A stretch of 61,564 nt of DNA, from positions 1 to 61,564 of the forward strand of contig WJJT01000036.1 of assembly GCA_014729555.1 (NCBI GenBank), written 5' to 3'. The position numbers and the translations under genes were made by a program. This document shows, piece by piece, positions 8,781-17,477 of the stretch. Each line of letters starts with the position of its first letter. Positions within the stretch are counted from its first letter, which is position 1. Source of the DNA: Candidatus Woesearchaeota archaeon (GTDB lineage: Archaea > Nanobdellota > Nanobdellia > Woesearchaeales > ARS49). The notes under the pieces were generated by a model that did no database searches, was not told where the DNA came from, and was given only the letters and a program-made list of their open reading frames with translations.

Positions 8781-8947
8781 CGTGAATAAAAAGAAGGCGG
8801 TCATTTATAAAGGTTTGCTATACTGAAATCAGCCATATTTGACCACTCTTAAGTGGTTAAATACCGAAAGATTTAAATACTACTGCTGCTTTGACTCTCT
8901 ATAGAACTATGCGTTTATAATAATGATTTAAAAAAACAGAGGCTACA

Positions 8948-10816
8948 ATGATAAAAGTAACAGCAAACACAGAGTGGATGGTGGATGACAGAAAATCACT
9001 TTCTGAGAAAGGATACACACCACAACCAAACAGGCTTCTGCCTAACAGCTATCATGACCAGGCTCCTTTTCGCGACGGAGAGCTGGATGACCAAACAGAA
9101 ATCGCTGTTTTTGCAGGAGGAGATGATGATTCTAAAAGACTTGCTGTCAGGATGGCAAAAGAGGCAGTCAGCCTGGGCAAGACAGTAGACCTGTATTACA
9201 GGCCGCATTGGATGCCTACCCAGGAAAGGCTGCCATCAGAACAAGGCAACACATTCCATGCAACAGCCACTGACACTGCAGCATTATCAGACATTGTTAA
9301 AGGACTGAACAGCCCCACAGCCAGAACAAAAAAATTAAGACAGGTGGACGACCTTGCAGCAGACCTGCAAGGAAAACAGTATGGCAGCACATTTGTTGTC
9401 GGAACATACTGGAACAGATCAATTCCTGAGATAAGAGAGCTGGGAAAGCTTACAGGATATTTTGCAAGCGCAGTAGACTGCGAAAAAGGAAACAGCTTCT
9501 TTGCACACTTCATGGAGAGATACCTGCTTGAAATGACAGACGAAATCAGGACTGTTGATTCAAAAAACAGGCAGGTGCTTGAGGACAGGCACAATAGCTT
9601 AAACAAAGACATTATTTTTGTGCATGAACAAGACAGTCCGCTGAAAGGGCTTAAAGTATTGTTCTTACCAGAATTCGACCTTAAGTTAGACATGGTTCCA
9701 AGATGGAGGGCAGAATGGCCTGCAACAAACCTGGGAGACTATGGAATAAGATACAGAGTAAGAGGTGCAGTAGAGGGCCAGACATACAGGCCCACTAAAG
9801 AAGAAAGAAGACAAGACCCAAACAGGGCAAATGTTGAGATAGACCACACAAAATCCGAAGATTCACTAAGAAGAGTAATGCCAGACATAGACTGGGCAGA
9901 TGTAATAGTGTTCCAGAGAACAAGCAACATGTTCTCAAAAAAAGTATTTGACTATGCAAAGGCAACAGGCAAGCCAATAGGATATGACATAGACGACCTG
10001 ACATTCGGGGACAGAGCAATCCCTGTATTCAAGACTATGGGCATTGACAAGAGAGTTGAGGAACAGATGAGGGACGCAGACTTTGTGACAGTAAGCACAG
10101 AGGCGCTAAGAAATGAAGCTGCAAAAGTCCGCGGAAGCACAGACAGCATATTTCAGATAAGAAACAGGCTCCAGCTAAAAGAGCTTGCAAAAATAAAATC
10201 AAGAAAACACGAAGAGAGACACAATGATATTAGAATAGGCTGGGCAGGCGGAAGCGTACACAAGCCAAAACTGCTAGAATCAAAAAGCATGGTGCATGAC
10301 TTATATGACAAGTACGGCCATGAGGTTACATTTGTACTTAAAGGATTTGATCCACAATCAACTCATTTCCAGGAAATCTGCGATGCATTCAGAGAAGGCG
10401 GAAGAGATGTGAGAATAGAGGGATACGGATACACCCCCACAAAGAGCTGGACAGACTATTACAGGGACCTTAAGGCACTTGACCTGGACATATTCTTTGC
10501 ACCAGCAAGAGATGACTCTGAACACTATGGAAAGAGCGAGCTAAAATACCTTGAAGCAACACACACGGGTGTGCCAATAGTAACACCTGCAGTGGGTGAA
10601 CACGCATGCGTGATAAAGCACGGAATCAATGGCATGCTTGCAGACGTGAAAGACATGAACAACACAATGTTTGCTTGCATAGACCAGCTGATCCAGAATC
10701 CTGCACTAAGAGACAAAATCACAAGAAATGCAAGAAGAAGAATTGCAAAAGATTATGACGTCAGCAAAAGCGGAGAGGAACTGCACAACCTGCTAAGACA
10801 GGTATTACAAAAATAA
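8948..10816 (+). CDS. Large protein with a C-terminal GT-B (family 1-like) glycosyltransferase domain; N-terminal half unassigned
   Basis: IGWAGGSVHKPKL... and ELKYLEATHTGVPIVTP.VGEHACVI.HG.NG.L resemble the GT1 C-terminal nucleotide-sugar binding half. Confidence 0.5.
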   Translation: MIKVTANTEWMVDDRKSLSEKGYTPQPNRLLPNSYHDQAPFRDGELDDQTEIAVFAGGDDDSKRLAVRMAKEAVSLGKTVDLYYRPHWMPTQERLPSEQGNTFHATATDTAALSDIVKGLNSPTARTKKLRQVDDLAADLQGKQYGSTFVVGTYWNRSIPEIRELGKLTGYFASAVDCEKGNSFFAHFMERYLLEMTDEIRTVDSKNRQVLEDRHNSLNKDIIFVHEQDSPLKGLKVLFLPEFDLKLDMVPRWRAEWPATNLGDYGIRYRVRGAVEGQTYRPTKEERRQDPNRANVEIDHTKSEDSLRRVMPDIDWADVIVFQRTSNMFSKKVFDYAKATGKPIGYDIDDLTFGDRAIPVFKTMGIDKRVEEQMRDADFVTVSTEALRNEAAKVRGSTDSIFQIRNRLQLKELAKIKSRKHEERHNDIRIGWAGGSVHKPKLLESKSMVHDLYDKYGHEVTFVLKGFDPQSTHFQEICDAFREGGRDVRIEGYGYTPTKSWTDYYRDLKALDLDIFFAPARDDSEHYGKSELKYLEATHTGVPIVTPAVGEHACVIKHGINGMLADVKDMNNTMFACIDQLIQNPALRDKITRNARRRIAKDYDVSKSGEELHNLLRQVLQK

Positions 10817-10820
10817 TTCT

Positions 10821-11354
10821 TTAGTCAGCCTGACCGCCAGACGGAGGAGGCGGAGCAGGTCCTGGCTCTTTCTTTTTTTCAGGCCTAAGCAAATACCAGC
10901 CAATCAAGAGAAATAATAACAGGATAATCAATATTTCATCAATGTATTTGCTCCAGTAATACAAATCAAGCAGGCCAGAAAAGCTCAATAAATAAAGCAG
11001 CAGGATTACAACAAGAACTATTGCAACAGGCAACAGGTATTTTTTGCTTTTTTCCTCTGTAACACCAAAAAAACTGATAAAAACCATCAGGAGCAATGCG
11101 CCAATAACCACAAGAACCAGGTAATTCAAGGCAACATTCATGACACCTGTAACAGCAGAAGAGACAGCACCAATCAATGCAATGACCAATGCAACAACAG
11201 CATTAAAACGGCTCTTGGGCTTTCCTTTTTCACTGCCTAAAATCATGGTCTTCTCAAGAAGAGCATAAACAACAGCAAAAATAAGCATAAATGGAATAAT
11301 AAACTCCCAGATTCCGTAGTAATCTAAAAATTTTATTGCATCAACAAGCACCAT
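10821..11354 (-). CDS. Polytopic membrane protein, paralog of 11390-12169; C-terminus PGPAPPPPSGGQAD
   Basis: Shares GIWEFIIPFMLIFAVVYALLEKT...PKSRFNAVVALVIALIG with the neighbouring gene. Confidence 0.7.
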   Translation of the reverse strand: MVLVDAIKFLDYYGIWEFIIPFMLIFAVVYALLEKTMILGSEKGKPKSRFNAVVALVIALIGAVSSAVTGVMNVALNYLVLVVIGALLLMVFISFFGVTEEKSKKYLLPVAIVLVVILLLYLLSFSGLLDLYYWSKYIDEILIILLLFLLIGWYLLRPEKKKEPGPAPPPPSGGQAD

Positions 11355-11389
11355 ATACAGAAAGTTAATGCTCTTGTTTATAAATATTT

Positions 11390-12169
11390 TTATCTGACCT
11401 GCCCTTTAGCCATAAGCTCCTGAATAGTCTCTTTTGAAAGATTCTTAATAACTTCGTTCATATCCTTCACAGTAAATTTACCAGAAGCCGCAGCAGGATG
11501 CTGCATTACACCAGAAAGAATCTCGCGCTTGGCATTTTCTGACAGGCCTGACAGGAATTTATCCAAATCAACAGGAGAAGAACCGCCCTCAGGCTCTTGC
11601 TCTTTTTCCTCTTCTGCCCCTCTCTTCTTTTTTTCTTCAGCTTTCTTCTTTTTAGATTTCTTTTTTTCCTCTTCTGTCAACTCTTTCTTTCCTTTGCGAA
11701 GGATAATCCAGAGAATAAGAAAGAAAATAATCAGCCCTACAATAACACCCTCATACCTTCTCAAGGCATTCCAGTCAAGATAATCAAACACTCCAAGCAC
11801 GTATAAAGAGGCAGTGCCAAAAACAAGCACAGCAATTGCCATGAAATACCATTTTTTGTGGAATTCCTGAAAACCAAAAAAACCAAAAATAACAGCAATG
11901 CACACTGCAACAAGAATCAAGATAACAATCATCTCAGAGAAAACGTTGATTACATTAAGTGTATCAACAGCAATCAAAACAATGAATCCTGTGACAACAG
12001 CAAGCATTGCGTTAAAGCGGTGCTTTGGAGTGCCGTCTGGATCTGCACCCAAAACCTTTGTGCGCTCAAGAATAGCATAAGTGACAGTGAAAACAAGAAT
12101 AAACGGCAGAACAACATCCCAGAGGCCAAGCCTCCCTAAAAATGCAATAACATCCTGAACAAGAGCCAT
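11390..12169 (-). CDS. Polytopic membrane protein paralog with a K/E-rich cytoplasmic tail
   Basis: GLWDVVLPFILVFTVTYAILERT...PKHRFNAMLAVVTGFIV aligns to the previous gene. Starting at MALVQDV removes the overlap with the upstream gene. Confidence 0.7.
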   Translation of the reverse strand: MALVQDVIAFLGRLGLWDVVLPFILVFTVTYAILERTKVLGADPDGTPKHRFNAMLAVVTGFIVLIAVDTLNVINVFSEMIVILILVAVCIAVIFGFFGFQEFHKKWYFMAIAVLVFGTASLYVLGVFDYLDWNALRRYEGVIVGLIIFFLILWIILRKGKKELTEEEKKKSKKKKAEEKKKRGAEEEKEQEPEGGSSPVDLDKFLSGLSENAKREILSGVMQHPAAASGKFTVKDMNEVIKNLSKETIQELMAKGQVR

Positions 12170-12171
12170 TA

Positions 12172-12969
12172 TTAATCCTCTTTTTGGCAGACACCAAAAA
12201 ACTCGCACTGGCCAGTTGAATACTTGCAGAGACCAGAAGGCCTCTTAGGGTAATCAGTCATATTATCTGACTCTGTTTTTTGATGAATCAACTCAATCTC
12301 CTTCCTAGCAAACTCAAGTAATTGCTTGTCTACTTTAATAAATTTTGGTTTATCTTTCAAGAAGTAAATACCTGCAAAATCAGGCAGTTCACCATGAAGC
12401 TCTTGATATAATAAAGCATAAATAGCTAACTGCAGCCTGTGATCCCCAAGATTAAAAGAACTGCTTGTCTTGTAATCCATGATGCGAATCTGGTCATTGA
12501 ATTTCTCAACAGCATCAATATAACCACGCACATTGAAAACCTTGCTCAAATAGAACTTTTCTCTGGCTGGAGTTAAAAGCCTGAAACGCTCCTCAAAAGA
12601 GCCTTTTTGAGAGAGCAATTCATTAGAAAAATGCTCAAGCCAGTTAAAAAGCATCAAAAGAGTTTCCTCAAAATAAAACTGGTTCTGGTCAGATGAGATG
12701 TCTAAATTTTTAAGTTTAGGCTTTGCAGCAGCCCACTCCTGAAACAACAACTCCTGCAGCACTGTAGTTAACCTCTGCTTGAAATTATCCAGAGTTAGGT
12801 CTTGCAAAGGAATATCAAAGAATTTCTCCAAAACAGAGTGGGCAATATTACCCCGTATCTGATGAATGTTTGGAAGAGTCTCTAACTGCCGGATATATTG
12901 ATAAAAATACTTTCTAGGACACTGATGATACAGCTTAATAGAACTTGGAGATTGCACCCTTTTTGCCAT
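12172..12969 (-). CDS. Stand-alone Cas4-like PD-(D/E)XK nuclease with a 4-Cys (Fe-S) signature
   Basis: N-terminal Cys in YHQCPRKYFY, GYIDAV, MDYKTS, QLAIYALLY (QxxxY), C-terminal CKYSTGQCEFFGVC. No CRISPR or cas neighbours. Confidence 0.7.
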   Translation of the reverse strand: MAKRVQSPSSIKLYHQCPRKYFYQYIRQLETLPNIHQIRGNIAHSVLEKFFDIPLQDLTLDNFKQRLTTVLQELLFQEWAAAKPKLKNLDISSDQNQFYFEETLLMLFNWLEHFSNELLSQKGSFEERFRLLTPAREKFYLSKVFNVRGYIDAVEKFNDQIRIMDYKTSSSFNLGDHRLQLAIYALLYQELHGELPDFAGIYFLKDKPKFIKVDKQLLEFARKEIELIHQKTESDNMTDYPKRPSGLCKYSTGQCEFFGVCQKED

Positions 12970-13036
12970 TACAAAAGGTTTTTAGGGGTTGTTTATATGT
13001 TTTATGATTATTGAAAACATATGTTTGTAAAGCTTT

Positions 13037-13083
13037 CGGAAAATTCTCAAAAGAGCATATAAAGAACAAAAACAATAAAAAGT
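13037..13083 (+). promoter_or_regulatory. Promoter-bearing direct repeat A (left flank of PIN/RHH cassette 1)
   Basis: CGGAAAATTCTCAAAAGAGCATATAAAGAAC... matches 13752-13797 with 3 substitutions and a 1-nt indel. The TATA ends 22 nt before the ATG at 13086. Confidence 0.7.
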
Positions 13084-13085
13084 CA

Positions 13086-13451
13086 ATGAAAATCTACATT
13101 GATACAAATATTTATCTTGATTATCTTTTAGAAAGAAGGAACAAATATGGAAAAGACCTGAGCAGGCCTGCATTTGAGGTTTTCAAGAGAGCTGCTGCAT
13201 GCGAGTTTCATATTATATTGTCATATCACCTTTTAAACGAATTGCATGCAAATATCAAAGAAAGCGATACATACATGCTCTTGAAATTTCTCAAGAAGAA
13301 ACTCATACTTATAGAGGATGAACAAGGATATAAAGGTGATGAAAAGCATGCAGTTCTTGCAAAAAAAGCCGGAGCAGACTTGATAGTGACAAGAGACAAA
13401 AAACACTTTTGTGATTTTTCAACCAAGGCCGTATTGCCGGAAGAGCTCTGA
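13086..13451 (+). CDS. PIN-domain (VapC-like) nuclease 1
   Basis: MKIYIDTNIYLDY (Asp1), central acidic residues, C-terminal DLIVTRDKKHF. Start chosen at the ATG 22 nt after the TATA. Confidence 0.7.
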   Translation: MKIYIDTNIYLDYLLERRNKYGKDLSRPAFEVFKRAAACEFHIILSYHLLNELHANIKESDTYMLLKFLKKKLILIEDEQGYKGDEKHAVLAKKAGADLIVTRDKKHFCDFSTKAVLPEEL

Positions 13452-13700
13452 AGGAGTCATTTTCTTAAGCTCTGCTTTTGCTTTCTTCTGTTCTGCCTTT
13501 GTGAGCAAACGGCCTTTGCCCCTGAGCATCTCAAGGCCGCGGATTGCTTTCTTTTTCTCGTATTCATCAATGCTTTTCCTTATTGCATCACGGATGAACT
13601 CTGTCATGTTCGCAAACATGCCTGTCTTGACTATCTCATTCATGCGCTTCTTAAGCTCTTTTTCCAACCTTAAATGAACTAATTCTCCCATATGTATCAA
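13419..13700 (-). CDS. Ribbon-helix-helix (CopG-like) protein 1, convergent with PIN 1
   Basis: VHLRLEKELKKRMNEIV....NMTEFIRDAIRKSI is an RHH pattern. Its 3' end overlaps the PIN gene by 33 nt. Confidence 0.7.
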   Translation of the reverse strand: MIHMGELVHLRLEKELKKRMNEIVKTGMFANMTEFIRDAIRKSIDEYEKKKAIRGLEMLRGKGRLLTKAEQKKAKAELKKMTPSELFRQYGLG

Positions 13701-13751
13701 GGGTATACATAAATGATATATAAAGATTTTGGTTTATAGTCGGAAAAAATC

Positions 13752-13797
13752 CGGAAAATTCTCAGAAGAGCATATAAAGAATAAAAACAAAAAAAGT
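13752..13797 (+). promoter_or_regulatory. Promoter-bearing direct repeat B (right flank of cassette 1)
   Basis: Near-identical to repeat A. TATA lies 23 nt before the ATG at 13802. Confidence 0.7.
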
Positions 13798-13801
13798 TTC
13801 T

Positions 13802-14104
13802 ATGAATGAAAAAATGCTCTTGATAACTGCACTGGCTTGCATTATTCTGGGGCTTCCTGTACTGTATATTGCTTCAAAGTTTGTCTCTTCAGATGATCCA
13901 AGAGTTCTAACTGAATTAGTTGGAGTGGTTGAGAGAGTGAGTGCTAAAGAAAAAGTGACAATAATCTCTGTAAAACCAATCACAAACATTCCTGTGGTTG
14001 CATTTGATGATTTGAATGTCAAGAAAGGAGAGAAGATAAAAGTGAAAGGGCAGCTGAAAAGCTATAATGGAAAATTGGAGTTTGTGGCGGATGAACTAAG
14101 ATAG
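13802..14104 (+). CDS. Membrane-anchored OB-fold protein
   Basis: N-terminal TM helix, then VGVVERVS....VKGQLKSYNGKLEF, which is OB-fold-like (tRNA_anti-like). Confidence 0.5.
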   Translation: MNEKMLLITALACIILGLPVLYIASKFVSSDDPRVLTELVGVVERVSAKEKVTIISVKPITNIPVVAFDDLNVKKGEKIKVKGQLKSYNGKLEFVADELR

Positions 14105-14126
14105 TTTTATATATAATGCAAAACCA

Positions 14127-14729
14127 ATGCAATCTATGAAAATATACCTGATAAGGCATGGTGAAACCACAGGAGACATTGAAGACAGATACGGCGGGGA
14201 CTACGAGGACCACCTGACTGAAAAAGGCAAACAGCAGTCAAAAGAATTAAGCCAGAAACTCAAGGGCAAGGGTATTGAAATAGTCTACCACAGCCCGAGA
14301 ATAAGAGCAACTGAAACAGCAAACATTATTGCACAGGCTCTTGGCCTTGATAAAGAGATTGTCCAGGACTTAAGAGAAAGAAATGCTTATGGTATTCTGA
14401 CAGGCCTGACGAAAAAAGAAGCCCTTGAAAAATATCCTGCAGAGATTGCTGAATTAAAAAGAGACAAAAAGCGCCACAAAGTAAAAAATTCTGAGGATTA
14501 TGACCATTTCAAAGAGAGAGTAACTAAAGCACTAGATGAAGTCACAAAAAATGAAAAATACTCAACAATTGCAATCATAACTCACGGAGGGCCAATCAGC
14601 TGCATTGTGCGAGAGATTCTAAAAGCAGGGGAATTGAAAAAGCTGGGCGACTGTGCAATACTTGAACTCAAACGAAAAGATAATAATTACCAGCTTATAA
14701 GCATGGATGGTGCTGAATTAGAGGATTAA
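14127..14729 (+). CDS. Histidine phosphatase (phosphoglycerate mutase family)
   Basis: IYLIRHGETTGD catalytic RHG motif, plus ITHGGPI. Confidence 0.8.
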   Translation: MQSMKIYLIRHGETTGDIEDRYGGDYEDHLTEKGKQQSKELSQKLKGKGIEIVYHSPRIRATETANIIAQALGLDKEIVQDLRERNAYGILTGLTKKEALEKYPAEIAELKRDKKRHKVKNSEDYDHFKERVTKALDEVTKNEKYSTIAIITHGGPISCIVREILKAGELKKLGDCAILELKRKDNNYQLISMDGAELED

Positions 14730-14731
14730 AA

Positions 14732-16108
14732 ATGCAACTTCAATCAACAAATCCAGCCACGGCAGAGATAATTAAAGAATTTGATTCTGCCACAAAAGAA
14801 GAGGTGCAGAATTCCATAAAAAGAGCAAAAGCTGTACAAAAAAACTGGGCTAAACTAGATAAAAAAGAGAGAATCGCGATTATACTGAAATTAAAAGAAG
14901 TATTAGAAAGCAACAAGAATGAACTTTTTTCCATAGTTCAACAAGAAGCAGGCTATCCTCCAGAAGAAACAGAAGCAGTTTTCCTTGACATTCTCGCAGG
15001 AATTGATTATTATTGCGAGAGATACCAAAAAATAAAGAATATTAATTTTCCATTAAGCGATGAAACTCAACCAGAAACAACAGCAGAGGTTCAGCTAATC
15101 CCACAGGGAGTAGTAGGACATATAGGTATCTGGAACTATCCTTTTTGGCAGACAATGATTACTGCAATTCCTGCTTTATTAACAGGAAATACTGTAGTCT
15201 ATAAACCTTCTGAGTATGTATCGCTAACAGGATTAAAAATTGCAGAGTTTATTCACCAAGCAGGTATCCCCGAAGATGTGTATATACCTGTGTTAGGCGG
15301 GTCAGATGTGGGCCGACAAATCGTCTCTTCTGATATTGATGCGGTTGTCTTTACAGGCGGCATTGATGTGGGGAGAGAGATTATAAAAAATGCAGGAATA
15401 AAGCCACTTATTTTAGAGCTAAGCGGAAATGATGCTGCAATTATTTGCAGTGATTGCGACTTAAAGCAAACTGTGAGAGGAATCGCATATGGGGCGTTTC
15501 TTCACTCAGGGCAGTGCTGCATAAGAATCAAGAGAGTCTATGTAGTAAAAAATATTGCTGACAACTTTATTAAAGAATTTGTAGCGTATTCAAAAAAGCT
15601 CAAGATGGGGGAGCAGATAACACCAATAATCAGAGAGGACGCGCGAAAAAACGTGCATAGGGTTGTAGAGGATGCAGTATCACAAGGTGCAGAATTATTA
15701 TTAGGGGGAAATATCCCTAAAGGAAATGGTTTCTATTACCCTGCAACAATACTGCAGATAAAAGATGATAACTTAGAAGTTGTTAAGAAAGAAACCTTTG
15801 GGCCGGTATGTTCAATAAGAGTTGTGGAGAACGAAGATGAAGCAATCCAGCTTGCGAATAGCACAGAGCATGGTCTTGGTGGCACTGTATGGACCCAGAA
15901 TTATAAAAAAGGAAAAGATATTGCTGAGAAACTGGAGACAGGGACTGTGTGGATAAATGATTCTAATATCCCTTTGGTATGCGGTGAATATACCCAAGGA
16001 ATGAAAAGTTCAAGCATTGCCTCTTCACAAGAAAGAATAAGGATGTTTCTCAAGAAAAGAAATATTATTTCGTTTAATTCAAACAAGTGTAGAGATTGGT
16101 GGTTTTAG
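14732..16108 (+). CDS. NAD(P)-dependent aldehyde dehydrogenase family protein
   Basis: WNYPFWQ, KPSE, FTGG...G, ELSGND, catalytic Cys in GQCCIRIKRVYV, KETFGPV. Confidence 0.85.
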   Translation: MQLQSTNPATAEIIKEFDSATKEEVQNSIKRAKAVQKNWAKLDKKERIAIILKLKEVLESNKNELFSIVQQEAGYPPEETEAVFLDILAGIDYYCERYQKIKNINFPLSDETQPETTAEVQLIPQGVVGHIGIWNYPFWQTMITAIPALLTGNTVVYKPSEYVSLTGLKIAEFIHQAGIPEDVYIPVLGGSDVGRQIVSSDIDAVVFTGGIDVGREIIKNAGIKPLILELSGNDAAIICSDCDLKQTVRGIAYGAFLHSGQCCIRIKRVYVVKNIADNFIKEFVAYSKKLKMGEQITPIIREDARKNVHRVVEDAVSQGAELLLGGNIPKGNGFYYPATILQIKDDNLEVVKKETFGPVCSIRVVENEDEAIQLANSTEHGLGGTVWTQNYKKGKDIAEKLETGTVWINDSNIPLVCGEYTQGMKSSSIASSQERIRMFLKKRNIISFNSNKCRDWWF

Positions 16109-16642
16109 ATGCAAGAGATGGAAGTAAAAGTAATTGACATCAACAAAGAAGAGATAATCAAAAAATTATTGGAATTAGGCGCTGAAAAAGTATTTGAGGG
16201 AGACATACAAGCAAGCTCTTATGATTTTGAGGATAACCGATTGGCAAAAGACCACGCATTCATCAGATTAAGGAAAAAAGGAGACAAGACATTCCTGACA
16301 TACAAGAAAAAGATAAATCAAGATTATGCAAAAGTTATGCAAGAGCTAGAGACAGAAGTAAAAGACTTTGATGAGATGCAAAAAATACTTCTTGCAGCTG
16401 GATTAAAGGCTGCAAAGGATCTTGACAGAAAGAAAAGGACATCTTTCCAGATTGATAACATATTGTTTGAGATAGACGAACATGAAAACGTTCCTGCTTA
16501 CATGGAGATAGAAGCTCCTACTTTAGACCTGATAAATGAATATGTTGAGAAGCTGGGGCTTGACAAGGAAAAAGTAAAAACCTGGACAGGAAAAGAACTA
16601 CTGGAGCACTATGGAATCAAAGTTGATTTCATGAGAGTCTGA
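16109..16642 (+). CDS. CYTH-domain protein (CyaB-like class IV cyclase / triphosphatase fold)
   Basis: N-terminal EVKV (ExExK-type), IRLRKKGDK.FLTYKKK, FEIDEH....YMEIE. Confidence 0.7.
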   Translation: MQEMEVKVIDINKEEIIKKLLELGAEKVFEGDIQASSYDFEDNRLAKDHAFIRLRKKGDKTFLTYKKKINQDYAKVMQELETEVKDFDEMQKILLAAGLKAAKDLDRKKRTSFQIDNILFEIDEHENVPAYMEIEAPTLDLINEYVEKLGLDKEKVKTWTGKELLEHYGIKVDFMRV

Positions 16643-16677
16643 AAATCCTCCGGAAAAATCTGGCAAAGGCATATAAA
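16639..16677 (+). promoter_or_regulatory. Promoter-bearing direct repeat C (left flank of PIN/RHH cassette 2)
   Basis: CTGAAAATCCTCCGGAAAAATCTGGCAAAGGCATATAAA is 39/39 identical to 17417-17455. TATA ends 22 nt before the ATG at 16700. Confidence 0.8.
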
Positions 16678-16699
16678 AACAAATTTCTAAAATTAATTC

Positions 16700-17119
16700 A
16701 TGCAAAAATACTATCTTGATGCCTGCATCTGGATTGATTATTTTGAGAACAGGAAAGACAGGTTCAGGCCGCTTGGAGAATGGGCATTAGACCTAATCAA
16801 AAAAATCATTGAAGACGATGCTTTAATTCTTTACTCAGAATTAGTTGAAGAAGAGTTAAGCACAAGATATTCACCAAGAGAGATCAGTGCGATATTAAAT
16901 ATTGTTCCTTCTGAAAAACTTGTTAAGGCAGAAATATCTGACGGCCAAATCAGAGAATCAATGCACATATCTAAACAGTCAAATATTCCCAAAAAAGATG
17001 CATTGCATGCAATACTTGCAAGAGACAATAATGCAGTGCTTGTAACAAGAGACAAACATTTTCAGGAGCTGCAAAAAAGCAACATTATCAAAAAACCAGA
17101 AGAAATTAATCTAGATTAA
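16700..17119 (+). CDS. PIN-domain (VapC-like) nuclease 2
   Basis: YYLDACIWIDY, EEEL, DALHAILA, VLVTRDKHF. Same architecture as PIN 1. Confidence 0.7.
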   Translation: MQKYYLDACIWIDYFENRKDRFRPLGEWALDLIKKIIEDDALILYSELVEEELSTRYSPREISAILNIVPSEKLVKAEISDGQIRESMHISKQSNIPKKDALHAILARDNNAVLVTRDKHFQELQKSNIIKKPEEINLD

Positions 17120-17369
17120 TTCTGTGTTTTTTTGCAATTTTCCGGAATGCAAGCTCTCCTGCCATTTCATCACTCATCCTTGCCTTTCCTTTAAGGCTTC
17201 CTTTCAGGGCAGCAAGTTTTCTCAAGGCTTCTTGTTTTTCCTGCTCTGTCAATTTATGCCTGATAGCGTCCCTGATAAATTCAGTTCTTGTGCTATACAT
17301 GTTCTTCTTTAGACTTTTGTCAAGTGCTTTAAGAAGTTCAGTATCCAGTTTCAAGGTTATTGCTTCCAT
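17106..17369 (-). CDS. Ribbon-helix-helix (CopG-like) protein 2, convergent with PIN 2
   Basis: MEAITLKLDTELLKALDKSL....TRTEFIRDAIRHKL. Overlaps PIN 2 by 14 nt at the 3' ends. The longer TTG-started ORF to 17489 would run through promoter repeat D, so it is unlikely. Confidence 0.7.
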   Translation of the reverse strand: MEAITLKLDTELLKALDKSLKKNMYSTRTEFIRDAIRHKLTEQEKQEALRKLAALKGSLKGKARMSDEMAGELAFRKIAKKHRINLD

Positions 17370-17416
17370 GGTAATACTTAATATATACAAAGTATTTAAG
17401 CCTTTCGTTGGAATTG

Positions 17417-17455
17417 CTGAAAATCCTCCGGAAAAATCTGGCAAAGGCATATAAA
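17417..17455 (+). promoter_or_regulatory. Promoter-bearing direct repeat D (right flank of cassette 2)
   Basis: 39/39 identical to repeat C. TATA ends 22 nt before the ATG at 17478. Confidence 0.8.
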
Positions 17456-17477
17456 GACTATTTTCTGTAAATATTAA

